Positions 1 to 7,824 of a DNA stretch of 13,160 nucleotides are shown here, in pieces (position 1 is the stretch's first letter; each line of letters starts with the position of its first letter). This DNA comes from Alphaproteobacteria bacterium (lineage in GTDB: Bacteria > Pseudomonadota > Alphaproteobacteria > UBA6615), in assembly GCA_017643325.1 (NCBI GenBank), contig JAEPNS010000060.1, positions 1 to 13,160 of the forward strand, in the 5' to 3' direction. A model generated the notes under the pieces. It ran no database searches, was not told the origin of the DNA, and saw only the letters and a program-made list of their open reading frames with translations. The translations under genes and the position numbers were made by a program.

Positions 1-2
1 AC

Positions 3-767
3 CACCAGTTCTGTTTCGGCGATTCCAACGGCTGTGCGTCCGGCGGCAACCTGGAGGAGGCGATCCTGCAGGGTACGCTGGAGCTGATCGAGCGTGATGC
101 GATTTCGCAGTGGTGGTACAACCGCCTGGCGCTGCCGGCGGCCGACCTGTCGGGCGTCGACACAAAGATCGTCGACTCCATGGAGCGCTACTGCAACGAG
201 CACGGCCTGACGTTCGAGGTGCTCGACCTGACCGCCGACCTTGGCATCCCCGTGGCCGCCTGCGTCACCGCCCGCGCCAGCGACGGCGGCGCGATCACCA
301 TCGGCTTCGGGGCGCATCTCGACCCGGTCGTTGCGTCGACCCGCGCGCTCACGGAGGTCAGCCAGCTGCTGCCGTTCAACGACCAGGGCGAGTTCGCGCT
401 GGACGGGGACAAGTTCACGGCCGCGAAGGACTGGTACGACACGGCGTTCCTGGAGCAGCATCCCTACCTGAAGGCGGCGGACGCTGACCGGGCGGACCTC
501 GCGCCGGGCCTCGGGGATGTGGCGTCGATCGACCAGGCGGTGCGGTTCTGCGTCGACCGGCTGGCGGAATTCGACCTCGAGCTGATCGTGCACGACTTCG
601 ACCGCAAGGACGTGCCGCTGTCGGCGGTGCGCACCGCGGTTCCGGGCATCTGCCACTTCTGGAACCGGCGCGGCAACCCGCGGCTCTACGAGGCGCCGGT
701 GCGCGCCGGTCGGCTCGACAAGCCGCTGACCGAGGACGAACTGAACCCGATCAGCTTCTACGTCTGA
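3..767 (+). CDS. YcaO-domain protein, C-terminal ~255 aa (5' end lies outside the window)
   Basis: Frame 3 is open from position 3 and is the same frame as the listed 180-767 ORF. It translates to HQFCFGDSNGCASGGNLEEAILQGTLELIERDAISQWWYN..., the characteristic YcaO ATP-binding/active-site motif (GxASGxxxEEAxLQGxxELxERDA). GC3 bias is strong. No TfuA-like or other partner gene follows; downstream is a 246-bp noncoding gap. Confidence 0.8.
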   Translation, partial: HQFCFGDSNGCASGGNLEEAILQGTLELIERDAISQWWYNRLALPAADLSGVDTKIVDSMERYCNEHGLTFEVLDLTADLGIPVAACVTARASDGGAITIGFGAHLDPVVASTRALTEVSQLLPFNDQGEFALDGDKFTAAKDWYDTAFLEQHPYLKAADADRADLAPGLGDVASIDQAVRFCVDRLAEFDLELIVHDFDRKDVPLSAVRTAVPGICHFWNRRGNPRLYEAPVRAGRLDKPLTEDELNPISFYV

Positions 768-824
768 GGCGACAAAACTTTATGTCTCCGAGCGGTAGGG
801 ATTCGAGCGGAGTCTCCATTTCCC

Positions 825-975
825 AATTGTCATGCCCGGACTTGATCCGGGCATCTCTTCCTGACTGAGCCCTCACCCTGAGCCTGACGAAGGGCGAGGG
901 CGACAACCTCATACTTCGACAGGCTCAGCATGAGGTTGTTTCGGGATACGCGGGACGAGCCCGGGCATGATGTGC
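825..975. repeat. Intergenic element with nested and mutually exclusive inverted repeats, in the convergent gap between the YcaO gene and the small membrane protein gene. Could be a REP/MITE-like element, a terminator cluster or a structured RNA.
   Basis: Perfect hairpin atgcccgga(832-840)/tccgggcat(846-854) with loop cttga. tcatgcccgg (830-839) is also the exact reverse complement of ccgggcatga (961-970). ctgagcctg (878-886) pairs with caggctcag (920-928). gccctcaccc (869-878) pairs with gggcgagggc (892-901) with one mismatch. aacctcat (905-912) pairs with atgaggtt (930-937). No ORF with coding-like composition is present. Confidence 0.4.
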
Positions 976-1013
976 AGGCAAGCAGAAACCGCTGAAATTC
1001 AGACGACGGAACC

Positions 1014-1199
1014 TTACGGATTCGACGGCTGGGCCCGGTCGGCGGTGCGCAGGAGCAGGACCGCGAGCAGCATCAGCAACGGGCTGAAGATCAGCGCCAG
1101 CAGGGTGACCCCGATCGCGCCGATGCGTGTCGTGCGGCCGAGATAGCCGACGCCGAACGCGCACAGGATGTAGATAACGGCGGCGGGAAAGACGACCAT
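1014..1199 (-). CDS. Small hypothetical membrane protein, 61 aa, two predicted TM helices
   Basis: ATG start at 1199 with an AAGGGA Shine-Dalgarno-like sequence 9 nt upstream on the minus strand. Two hydrophobic stretches (AAVIYILCAFGVGYLG; IGAIGVTLLALIFSPLLMLLAVLLL). Codon usage matches neighbouring genes. Last gene of the minus-strand block that begins with the ABC transporter. Confidence 0.5.
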   Translation of the reverse strand: MVVFPAAVIYILCAFGVGYLGRTTRIGAIGVTLLALIFSPLLMLLAVLLLRTADRAQPSNP

Positions 1200-1253
1200 G
1201 ACGTTGCGTCCCTTGTGTTGCGTGGTGCCAGTCTAGCGGGAGCGGGCCCGCAG

Positions 1254-1275
1254 GCTCAAGGCCGGCTCAAGGCCG
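1254..1275. repeat. Perfect tandem 11-mer (ggctcaaggcc x2) spanning the stop codon of the SPFH gene
   Basis: Direct reading: ggctcaaggcc at 1254-1264 and again at 1265-1275. Confidence 0.5.
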
Positions 1276-2634
1276 GGTCACGACCGGCGGCGCGTTGCTC
1301 GGCCGGTTCAGGTCCATCGCCGCACCGGGCGACAGCTCGGTCCCCATGTCGGCCCCCGGGTCGCTGCCCGACATCGCGGTGGTCCCGGTCGAGAGGATCT
1401 GCTGGCTCGCTTCGGGGTTGCCGCCCTGGTCGCCCGCGATCCCGAGACGGCGCAGCGTGCGCTGCCAGCTCGATTCCCGCCGGCTGTGGGAAGAACCGGA
1501 TACGCCCGGCTGCAGGTCCTGGCCGGTCTCGCTGCGCGGCTTCTGCCCGGCGTCGCCCTGGGTCTGGCCCGGGCTGTCGGACGGGTCGAGTTGCGTCCCC
1601 GACGGGGCGGCCGGGAAGGGCTGGCGGGTCGCCGGCTGGTTCATGATGTTGCGGCCGTCGTTCGGGAAGATCGGCGGCAGGCTCTGGAAGTTCGGCAGCT
1701 GGAACTGTTCGGCCGTGACCGGCGGCACCGGCTGCGGCGTGCTCGGCACGTTGGCGATGTCGCTGCCGAGGATCAGCGGCAGCTGGTCCCTGTTGCCGCC
1801 GACGACCACCACCTTGGAGTTCGGCGACTGCGAGAGCTGCACCGTCGCCTCGATGCCGCGCCAGGTGAGCAGCGTGTCGTTCAGCGCCTCGCTGACGATC
1901 GCGTAGAAGTTCCGCAGGCCGATCGCCTGCACGCGCAGGCGCTCGGCCTCGCGCTGCTCGGCGGCGATCAGGAACTCGTACCCGGCCGCGCGCTGCTCCT
2001 GCGCGAGCTTGACGTCGATGGCCGTCGCGACCTGGACCGGCAGGCGGATCTCGGTGATCACAAGGTCGTCGATGGCGATGTCCGCCGACAGGCCGTGCTG
2101 GCGCATCCGCCGCAGGATGTTCTCCTGCAGTTCGGGGTGGTCGACCGAGTAGAGCTCGTTCGAGTTGATGTGGGTGATCTCGTCACGAATGATCGAGCGG
2201 ACCAGGGGCTCGACGATGCGGGTCGGGTAGTCGAGCCCGAGGCGCGTCAGTACGTCCGGCGTGTTCTCGGAGACCGGGCGGAAGAGGGCGGCGCCCTCGA
2301 CCGTCACCCGCATGCCCTCGGCCGACAGGGCGACGACCTCGTAGGGCAGGCGCTGGGTGCGGACCTCGAACAGGAAGATCCTGTCCCAGGGCAGCTTCGC
2401 GGTCAGGCCCTCGCCGATGGTGTCGTCGAGCACCGTGCCCCCGTCGAGCAGGCTGAAGTACACGCCGACATGGCCCGGCGGGACGGTCACGAAGACGAAG
2501 CGCCACAGCACCAGCAGCAGGAAGCCGACAAGGATCGCGATGCCGACCGCCCAGGCAACGATCTTCTCGGTCCTGCCGAACAGCGGTTGCTGCCCGTTGC
2601 GGCGCGCGGCCGTATCTGCCTGTTGCGTCGTCAT
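1267..2634 (-). CDS. SPFH/band-7 (prohibitin/HflC-like) membrane protein with a ~180-aa low-complexity Pro/Gln/Gly/Ser-rich C-terminal tail
   Basis: N-terminal TM helix (IVAWAVGIAILVGFLLLVLW) followed by a band-7-like core (VPPGHVGVYFSLL...EIRLPVQVATAIDVKLAQEQRAAGYEFLIAAEQREAE). The C-terminal third is compositionally biased and disordered-looking. The start ATG (2634-2632) overlaps the upstream ABC gene stop as ATGA. Confidence 0.75.
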   Translation of the reverse strand: MTTQQADTAARRNGQQPLFGRTEKIVAWAVGIAILVGFLLLVLWRFVFVTVPPGHVGVYFSLLDGGTVLDDTIGEGLTAKLPWDRIFLFEVRTQRLPYEVVALSAEGMRVTVEGAALFRPVSENTPDVLTRLGLDYPTRIVEPLVRSIIRDEITHINSNELYSVDHPELQENILRRMRQHGLSADIAIDDLVITEIRLPVQVATAIDVKLAQEQRAAGYEFLIAAEQREAERLRVQAIGLRNFYAIVSEALNDTLLTWRGIEATVQLSQSPNSKVVVVGGNRDQLPLILGSDIANVPSTPQPVPPVTAEQFQLPNFQSLPPIFPNDGRNIMNQPATRQPFPAAPSGTQLDPSDSPGQTQGDAGQKPRSETGQDLQPGVSGSSHSRRESSWQRTLRRLGIAGDQGGNPEASQQILSTGTTAMSGSDPGADMGTELSPGAAMDLNRPSNAPPVVTRP

Positions 2635-4274
2635 CGGGTCTCCTCCCCGTCGGCGGTGCGTTCACGCGCCTGTCCGTCGACCAGCACCAGCGTGCGGTCG
2701 GCGACATGGAAATACTGATCCTCGTGGCTGACGATCACAAGGGTTCGGCCCTCGCGTTTCCACTTCGGAAGCAGCTCGTTGTAGAAGCGTTGGCGGAATT
2801 CAGGGTCCTGGTCGGCGGCCAGCTCGTCGAGCACGAGGATCGGCCGGTTTTCCAGCAGCGCAACCGCCAGCGCAAGACGCTTGCGCTGGCCGGTCGACAG
2901 GTTCGTATTCGTGAATACGCCCTCGCGGTACTGGGTCTTGTGCGCGATGCCGAGCTCGCCGAGCAGCGCGTTGACGTCGGCCTCGGGCACATGCTCGAGG
3001 CCGTAGAGGCGGTCGAACAGGTGGAAATCGCTGAACACACCCGAGAACAGCGCGCGGTAGTCGGCGACGTTGCTCTCGTCGACCGGCACGCGGTCGCGGT
3101 AGATCATGCCGGATTCCGGCTCGTACAGCCGGGTCAGCGCCTTGACCAGCGTCGACTTGCCGCTGCCGTTGCCGCCGACGAGAAACAGCATCTCGCCGCG
3201 CTGGATATGCAGGCTCGTCGGGCCCATCGTGAAGCTGCGCGCGCCGTCCGGGTCGTAGTAGCTGTAGCGCAGGTCCTCGATGTCGATCCGCTCGAACGTC
3301 TCGCCATCCTCGGGCGCGGCTTCCGGGCGCAGCGCGTCGCGCAGGAACCTCTCGACCGTGTCCAGTTCGTCGATCGCGAAATTCGCCCGGGTGATGACGG
3401 GCACGGCTTTCAGGATCACCTCGACGACCGACAGCATGAACACGGCCACGTAGACCGACTGCACGATCACCGCCTGGTCGCCCACGAAGGGCGGCAGCAC
3501 GAACGCGATCATCGCCAGCGTCGTGTAGAAGAACAGGTAGGAGACGCTGATCCCGCGATTGATCTGGATGGCGGCCTCGACCTGGGCGTTGCGAAGCATC
3601 CCGGACTCCGGGGCGAGGTGGCTGTGCTCCAGTGAATCGCCGCGCGGATGGTTGAGCTTCACTTCCTTGAAGCCGTCGATCAGGTGCCGGAACAGCGCGT
3701 AGAAGATGCCCTGCCGCTCGCTCGACGCGGTCAGGGATTCGTGCACCTGCCGCTGCGTCAGGCGGTAGAAGAAGGCGGTCAGCACGATCAGGGTCGCGAT
3801 CACCGCGAACACCAGCGGCGAGACGAGAAGGGTGTAGAAGCCCGCCAGCACCAGCGCGCCGAAGGCCGACACGCCGTGGATCGCCATGATGGCGGCCTCA
3901 GTCAGCATCTGCGAGTTGCGGGTCAGCGTGTCGTAGACCCGGTTCGGTCCGAAGCTTTCGAACCGGCCGTAGTCCGACCGCCGGACGAGGTCGGCATAAT
4001 CCCGGCGGATGCGGTCGAGCAGGTCCTCGACGATGGCCGCCGACAGGCGCTGGCCGACGGCGTTGCCGCCGATGACGCCGAACGCCACGAGTGCGAACAA
4101 AAGGAGGCCGAACAGGTCGGGTGTTGCCGTGCCGTCGGACCCGGTCTCGGGGTCCAGCACGAAGCTGATCACGACCAGCACGCCCAGCAGGCCGAAGGTG
4201 CTGGCCATCAAAGACAGGATCAGCTTGAGGCGGCGTTCCCCCGCCGCTTCCCAGACCAGCCGAATGAACTTCAC
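2631..4274 (-). CDS. Fused permease/ATPase ABC exporter of the YojI/SyrD/PvdE 'cyclic peptide transporter' type, 547 aa
   Basis: N-terminal half carries about 6 hydrophobic TM segments. C-terminal half carries Walker A GGNGSGKST, ABC signature LSTGQRKRLALAVAL and Walker B/D-loop ILVLDELAADQDPEF, which is typical of that family. The start is GTG at 4274-4272 (plus-strand cac), preceded by GAGGA 6 nt upstream on the minus strand. Confidence 0.85.
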   Translation of the reverse strand: MKFIRLVWEAAGERRLKLILSLMASTFGLLGVLVVISFVLDPETGSDGTATPDLFGLLLFALVAFGVIGGNAVGQRLSAAIVEDLLDRIRRDYADLVRRSDYGRFESFGPNRVYDTLTRNSQMLTEAAIMAIHGVSAFGALVLAGFYTLLVSPLVFAVIATLIVLTAFFYRLTQRQVHESLTASSERQGIFYALFRHLIDGFKEVKLNHPRGDSLEHSHLAPESGMLRNAQVEAAIQINRGISVSYLFFYTTLAMIAFVLPPFVGDQAVIVQSVYVAVFMLSVVEVILKAVPVITRANFAIDELDTVERFLRDALRPEAAPEDGETFERIDIEDLRYSYYDPDGARSFTMGPTSLHIQRGEMLFLVGGNGSGKSTLVKALTRLYEPESGMIYRDRVPVDESNVADYRALFSGVFSDFHLFDRLYGLEHVPEADVNALLGELGIAHKTQYREGVFTNTNLSTGQRKRLALAVALLENRPILVLDELAADQDPEFRQRFYNELLPKWKREGRTLVIVSHEDQYFHVADRTLVLVDGQARERTADGEETR

Positions 4275-4366
4275 CGAAAATCCTCGCCCGTTTTCAGCGC
4301 GTTAAGGCCGGGGACCATGACAGGACTTGCCGCGAATGTCACGGCAGGCGGGGCGGGACGGTGGCG

Positions 4367-5968
4367 CTAGAATTTGCGGCGGAGTTCCATGCGCACGCCG
4401 GCCAGATCCTCGTCGTTCTCGCGGATGCCGTACATGGCGTCGGTGCGCAGCAGCCACCGGTCGCGGCCGAAGAGGTTCATCTGGTAGCGCAGGCCGAGCG
4501 CATACTGGTCGCCGCGCGCGGCGGACGAGCGCGACATCGGCTGGACGGTGGCGAGTTCGGCAACGATCTGCCGTGACAGGTCGAACAGGTAGCTCACGCC
4601 GATCGCCCCGCCCCACGCATCGCGCGCGGTATCGTCGAGCTTGGGAAACCCCGTCAGTGCGTCGGTCTCGAAGTTGATGCCGGTGTTCTTGAGCAGCCCG
4701 TCGCCACCGCGCGCCAGCGGCTGCGGACGGTCGAGGCCGATGAAGGCGTTGAAGTAGGGAACCAGCGTCGTCGGCAGCGACGTGACGAGCGAGTTCTCCA
4801 CCAGCAGGGCCACGCCGTCGGCGGTCTGCGTCTGGTCGCCGCCGGGATCCTGTCCGACGGCCCACACGGCGCGCACCGAGTTGGACAGCCAGCCGCCGTA
4901 GCGCTTGGTCCAGGCGCCAACGAAGTTATGGTAGCTGAAGTCGCCCTGGGGCCGGTCGCGGGTATCGTCGGTATAGCCCCAGCCCGCCTCCAGGTGGCCC
5001 TCCCGCATGTCGGCGAAGGTCACGACACCGACCACGTTGCCTGCATGGTCGGCGAGCGCGCCGTCGTCGTCCACGAGCGCCGCGCTCGAGACCTTGTCGA
5101 CACCGCCGAAGAAGGTGATGTCGTAGTTGGAGATATCCAGCCGGCGCGAGTTGCGTGCGGTGAGCGCAAACGCGCCGCCGACGAACGCGTCGTCGACCCA
5201 GATGCCGTTCTGGAAGAACATCGGAACAAGCCCGAAGGTGAACGGCAGGTCCCAGCTCGTGTATTCGTCCGACAGGCCGGTGTAGATGGCGCCGAGGTCG
5301 CCTTCGAAGAAGAAGTTCTCGACATTGGCGTCGAGGATCAGGTCGCCCTGGTCGCGGTCGTTGCCGGCGAACTCGTAGCGCGTGAACTGCCCGCCCTGGT
5401 CGACCGGCCGGAAGAAGGCGTGCAGCCGCTCCGTCGCCGTCAGTTTCAGGTCCACATCGAGGTTGAGCCGCGTGGCGACGAGCCCGGTTTCGGTGTCGCC
5501 GTTGTCGTTGAAGGCGACGGCGGTGCGCCAGTCGCCATAGACCAGAAGCTGCGGCCGGACGAGATTCTTCGCCCCGACCAGGTCATGGCCGGCGCCGATC
5601 GGGCCCTCGCGGTATTGCGGGTATCCGAACTCGAGCACCGGGCGCGGCGTGGTCACCGCGCGCTTGCCGCCGTAGATCTCGAGTTGTGCCTCGACGTCGT
5701 ATGGCTCGTCCGGGTAGGTCGGGTCCGGCCGGTAGTCTTCGGCATCGTGCGAGGAGCGCCGGACGGCGGGGTCCATCTCCGGCGGTGCCTGGTGGCCCTC
5801 ATGCTCCGGGCTGCCGGTGCGCTCCTCCTGGAGTTCCGGCGGCGGCGCGCCGCGGCGCGGGGTCTGCGCGGTCTCGATGACAGTCTGGGCGACGGCGCTG
5901 CCGGCGACAAGAAGCGCGGCGGCCAGGGCTGCGGCCGGGGCCGATCGTTTCATGGTGTCCAACATCAC
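4367..5968 (-). CDS. Putative outer-membrane beta-barrel (porin-like) protein, 533 aa. Has a Sec signal peptide and a disordered acidic/Pro/His-rich N-terminal extension.
   Basis: Signal peptide MKRSAPAAALAAALLVAGSAVAQ. The body has alternating hydrophobic/polar residues with abundant Gly/Asp/Asn/Tyr. It ends in ...RMELRRKF with a terminal Phe, typical of OM beta-barrels. The start overlaps the stop of the upstream cytochrome gene (ATGA at 5965-5968). Confidence 0.6.
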   Translation of the reverse strand: MMLDTMKRSAPAAALAAALLVAGSAVAQTVIETAQTPRRGAPPPELQEERTGSPEHEGHQAPPEMDPAVRRSSHDAEDYRPDPTYPDEPYDVEAQLEIYGGKRAVTTPRPVLEFGYPQYREGPIGAGHDLVGAKNLVRPQLLVYGDWRTAVAFNDNGDTETGLVATRLNLDVDLKLTATERLHAFFRPVDQGGQFTRYEFAGNDRDQGDLILDANVENFFFEGDLGAIYTGLSDEYTSWDLPFTFGLVPMFFQNGIWVDDAFVGGAFALTARNSRRLDISNYDITFFGGVDKVSSAALVDDDGALADHAGNVVGVVTFADMREGHLEAGWGYTDDTRDRPQGDFSYHNFVGAWTKRYGGWLSNSVRAVWAVGQDPGGDQTQTADGVALLVENSLVTSLPTTLVPYFNAFIGLDRPQPLARGGDGLLKNTGINFETDALTGFPKLDDTARDAWGGAIGVSYLFDLSRQIVAELATVQPMSRSSAARGDQYALGLRYQMNLFGRDRWLLRTDAMYGIRENDEDLAGVRMELRRKF

Positions 5969-7821
5969 TGAATCTCGAACTCGACCGCGTAGGGATGGAT
6001 GTCGATCATCCAGTCGTTGATCCGTTCCTCCATCTCGCGCGTCGCGCCGACGAAGCGCATGAAGTAGATGGGCTCGGCGCGCGAGCGCATGCGCACCTGC
6101 AGCTTGTAGGTACCGGGCTTGGTCAGCAGTTCGCCGGGCACCTCGTACTCCGCGTCACGCCAGCCGAGCGGCGGGATCGAGCGGCCCTCCATGCGCACGA
6201 AGGGCGGATGGTTCAGCACCGTCGTCGGCAGGTTGGCCGGGCGCAGGAATGGCAGCTGGTCGATGTCGAACTGCACCGGCAGGTACATTTCCCGGTCCGT
6301 GCCCTTGACGTTGGTGGTCAGGAACTTGGTCTGCAGGTTGAAGAGCTGGTCGTCATGCTCGATCGTGCCCGCCGCGACGTCGAGCGAATGCAGGTCCGCC
6401 ATGTCGCCGAGGGAGTCGACGTAGCCCGATTCCCAGATGTTCTTGCCGTCAGGGTCGAGCAGCGCGACGTTCAGCCAGATCTCGGGCTGCGCGCCCAGCG
6501 AACCCGAGGGCAGGTTGTGGCCCTTGTCGGTGTTCGTGACCCGGTAGCGGAAACTGAAATCCCGGCCGAGGCGCGGCGCGCCGTCGTCGAAGAAGGGCCC
6601 GTCGATCCGGCTGCCGTTCTCCATCACGGCGAGGCGGTCGCGGCGCTTGTCCTCCAGCAGCTTCTCGTTCTGCTGGATCACGAAGCGGGCGAACATGCGG
6701 TCATCGCGCTTGCGCCAGACGTCCGGGAAGTCCGGCGTCGCGATCTCGCCGTCACGCAGCCGGTTCTCCCACTCGGCCAGGCCCCACCCGGCGCGGTAGT
6801 CGAAGGTGAGCCATTCCTTGATCGACCAGCGCAGGCCGCGCGGATTGAACGGGAACAGGCCCGGATGCGAGATCGGGTAGCCGGGACCGTAGAAGGCGTG
6901 GTTCGAATGGCGCGCGTTCGGGTCGCCGATCACGCGGCCGTTGACGATCGCGACCGGCCACTCCGCATAGCCCTTCGCCTCGCCCGGCACCTTGCCCATG
7001 TGGCATTCCTGGCACGTGACGCCGGCCTCCGCGGCGGGGCTGTCGCGATACTGCTCCCACACGACCTCGAGCTTGATGCCGAGGTTGACGGCCACCTGGT
7101 GGCAGGACACGCAGAACTGGGATTCGCCGATCTGCTCGAACTCGATGGCGCCGAGGTGAATCTTCGCGCCGTCGGGGTCTTCCTGGGTTGCGACCTTGTA
7201 CTCGTCCGGATTGCTGAGCACGTTCTCGAGATTGTCGGCGCGCCCGATGCCGTAGACCGGCTGCTCGATCGGGCCGGGCTCGATGTGGCGCTCGCCGTTC
7301 ACCTTGCCGAATTCCGCGCCGACGCGGTGGCAGGTGACGCAGGTGATGCCCTCGCGCGCGACGATCGAGCGCTCCCACAGCGGCTTTTCGCGGGCCTCGC
7401 CGCGCTGGGTGCCGACCTGCTGGTGGCAGCGCACGCAGAACGCGCCGATCGTGCCGGACGACAGGTCGTTGATGGCCTGCTCGAACTTGTGGAACATCGG
7501 CGAGATCGACGCGTAGGCGTGGTTCGATGACGCCCACTCCGTGAAGATCTTCTGGTGGCACCGCCCGCAGGTCACGGCCGACGGAAACTCGGTCTCCTCA
7601 AACAGGGCCCGGTGCGGGTCCTTGCCCTCGGTCAGTGTCGACGCGGTCTGGTAGGCCGCCGGCACGTCGCTGCCGTCCGGCGCCGGCGCGAACCAGATCT
7701 GCGACGGGGGCAGCTCGTCCACCGTCATCGCGGTGTCGGAGATGGCCGGCGTCGCGCCGGAGAAAAGAAGGGCGGCGCCGAAGAGGAGCCAGGGGGAATT
7801 GAATTGGCGAAGCACGGGCAC
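5965..7821 (-). CDS. Pentaheme c-type cytochrome, 618 aa; periplasmic, with a heme-free C-terminal ~350 aa
   Basis: Sec-type signal (LLFGAALLFSGA). Five CXXCH motifs (CGRCH, CVRCH, CVTCH, CVSCH, CQECH) all lie in the first ~270 aa. The start is GTG at 7821-7819 (plus-strand cac), 3 nt after the stop of the upstream cytochrome gene, consistent with termination-reinitiation. Confidence 0.85.
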   Translation of the reverse strand: MPVLRQFNSPWLLFGAALLFSGATPAISDTAMTVDELPPSQIWFAPAPDGSDVPAAYQTASTLTEGKDPHRALFEETEFPSAVTCGRCHQKIFTEWASSNHAYASISPMFHKFEQAINDLSSGTIGAFCVRCHQQVGTQRGEAREKPLWERSIVAREGITCVTCHRVGAEFGKVNGERHIEPGPIEQPVYGIGRADNLENVLSNPDEYKVATQEDPDGAKIHLGAIEFEQIGESQFCVSCHQVAVNLGIKLEVVWEQYRDSPAAEAGVTCQECHMGKVPGEAKGYAEWPVAIVNGRVIGDPNARHSNHAFYGPGYPISHPGLFPFNPRGLRWSIKEWLTFDYRAGWGLAEWENRLRDGEIATPDFPDVWRKRDDRMFARFVIQQNEKLLEDKRRDRLAVMENGSRIDGPFFDDGAPRLGRDFSFRYRVTNTDKGHNLPSGSLGAQPEIWLNVALLDPDGKNIWESGYVDSLGDMADLHSLDVAAGTIEHDDQLFNLQTKFLTTNVKGTDREMYLPVQFDIDQLPFLRPANLPTTVLNHPPFVRMEGRSIPPLGWRDAEYEVPGELLTKPGTYKLQVRMRSRAEPIYFMRFVGATREMEERINDWMIDIHPYAVEFEIQ

Positions 7822-7824
7822 GTC

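Noticed and set aside
1486-2718. 410-aa plus-strand ORF (and the 1295-1906, 1215-1646 and 2183-2707 ORFs) overlapping the SPFH gene
   Set aside because: They are antisense or out-of-frame to a gene with a clear band-7 core and coupled start. Their composition is Arg/Gly/Ala-rich noise.
4275-4366. Possible terminator or sRNA in the 92-bp gap between the barrel gene and the ABC transporter
   Set aside because: I could not find a convincing stem-loop or U-tract. The gap holds a GAGGA RBS for the ABC gene and may simply be an intra-operon spacer or an internal promoter.
2706-4370. Plus-strand ORFs 2706-3635 and 3648-4370 opposite the ABC transporter
   Set aside because: The minus frame has Walker A, signature and Walker B motifs. 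The plus frames have no motifs and are His/Arg/Asp-rich.
4302-4865. 187-aa minus ORF and 4327-4677 plus ORF near the barrel gene 3' end
   Set aside because: They are out-of-frame overlaps with the barrel gene, Arg-rich, without an RBS or coding-like third-position bias.
5995-7530. 511-aa plus-strand ORF antisense to the pentaheme cytochrome gene, plus the 6752-7561 minus ORF in another frame
   Set aside because: These are low-complexity Arg/Ala/Val-rich translations. The minus frame at 5965-7821 carries five CXXCH motifs and a signal peptide. The 6752-7561 ORF is an out-of-frame overlap.
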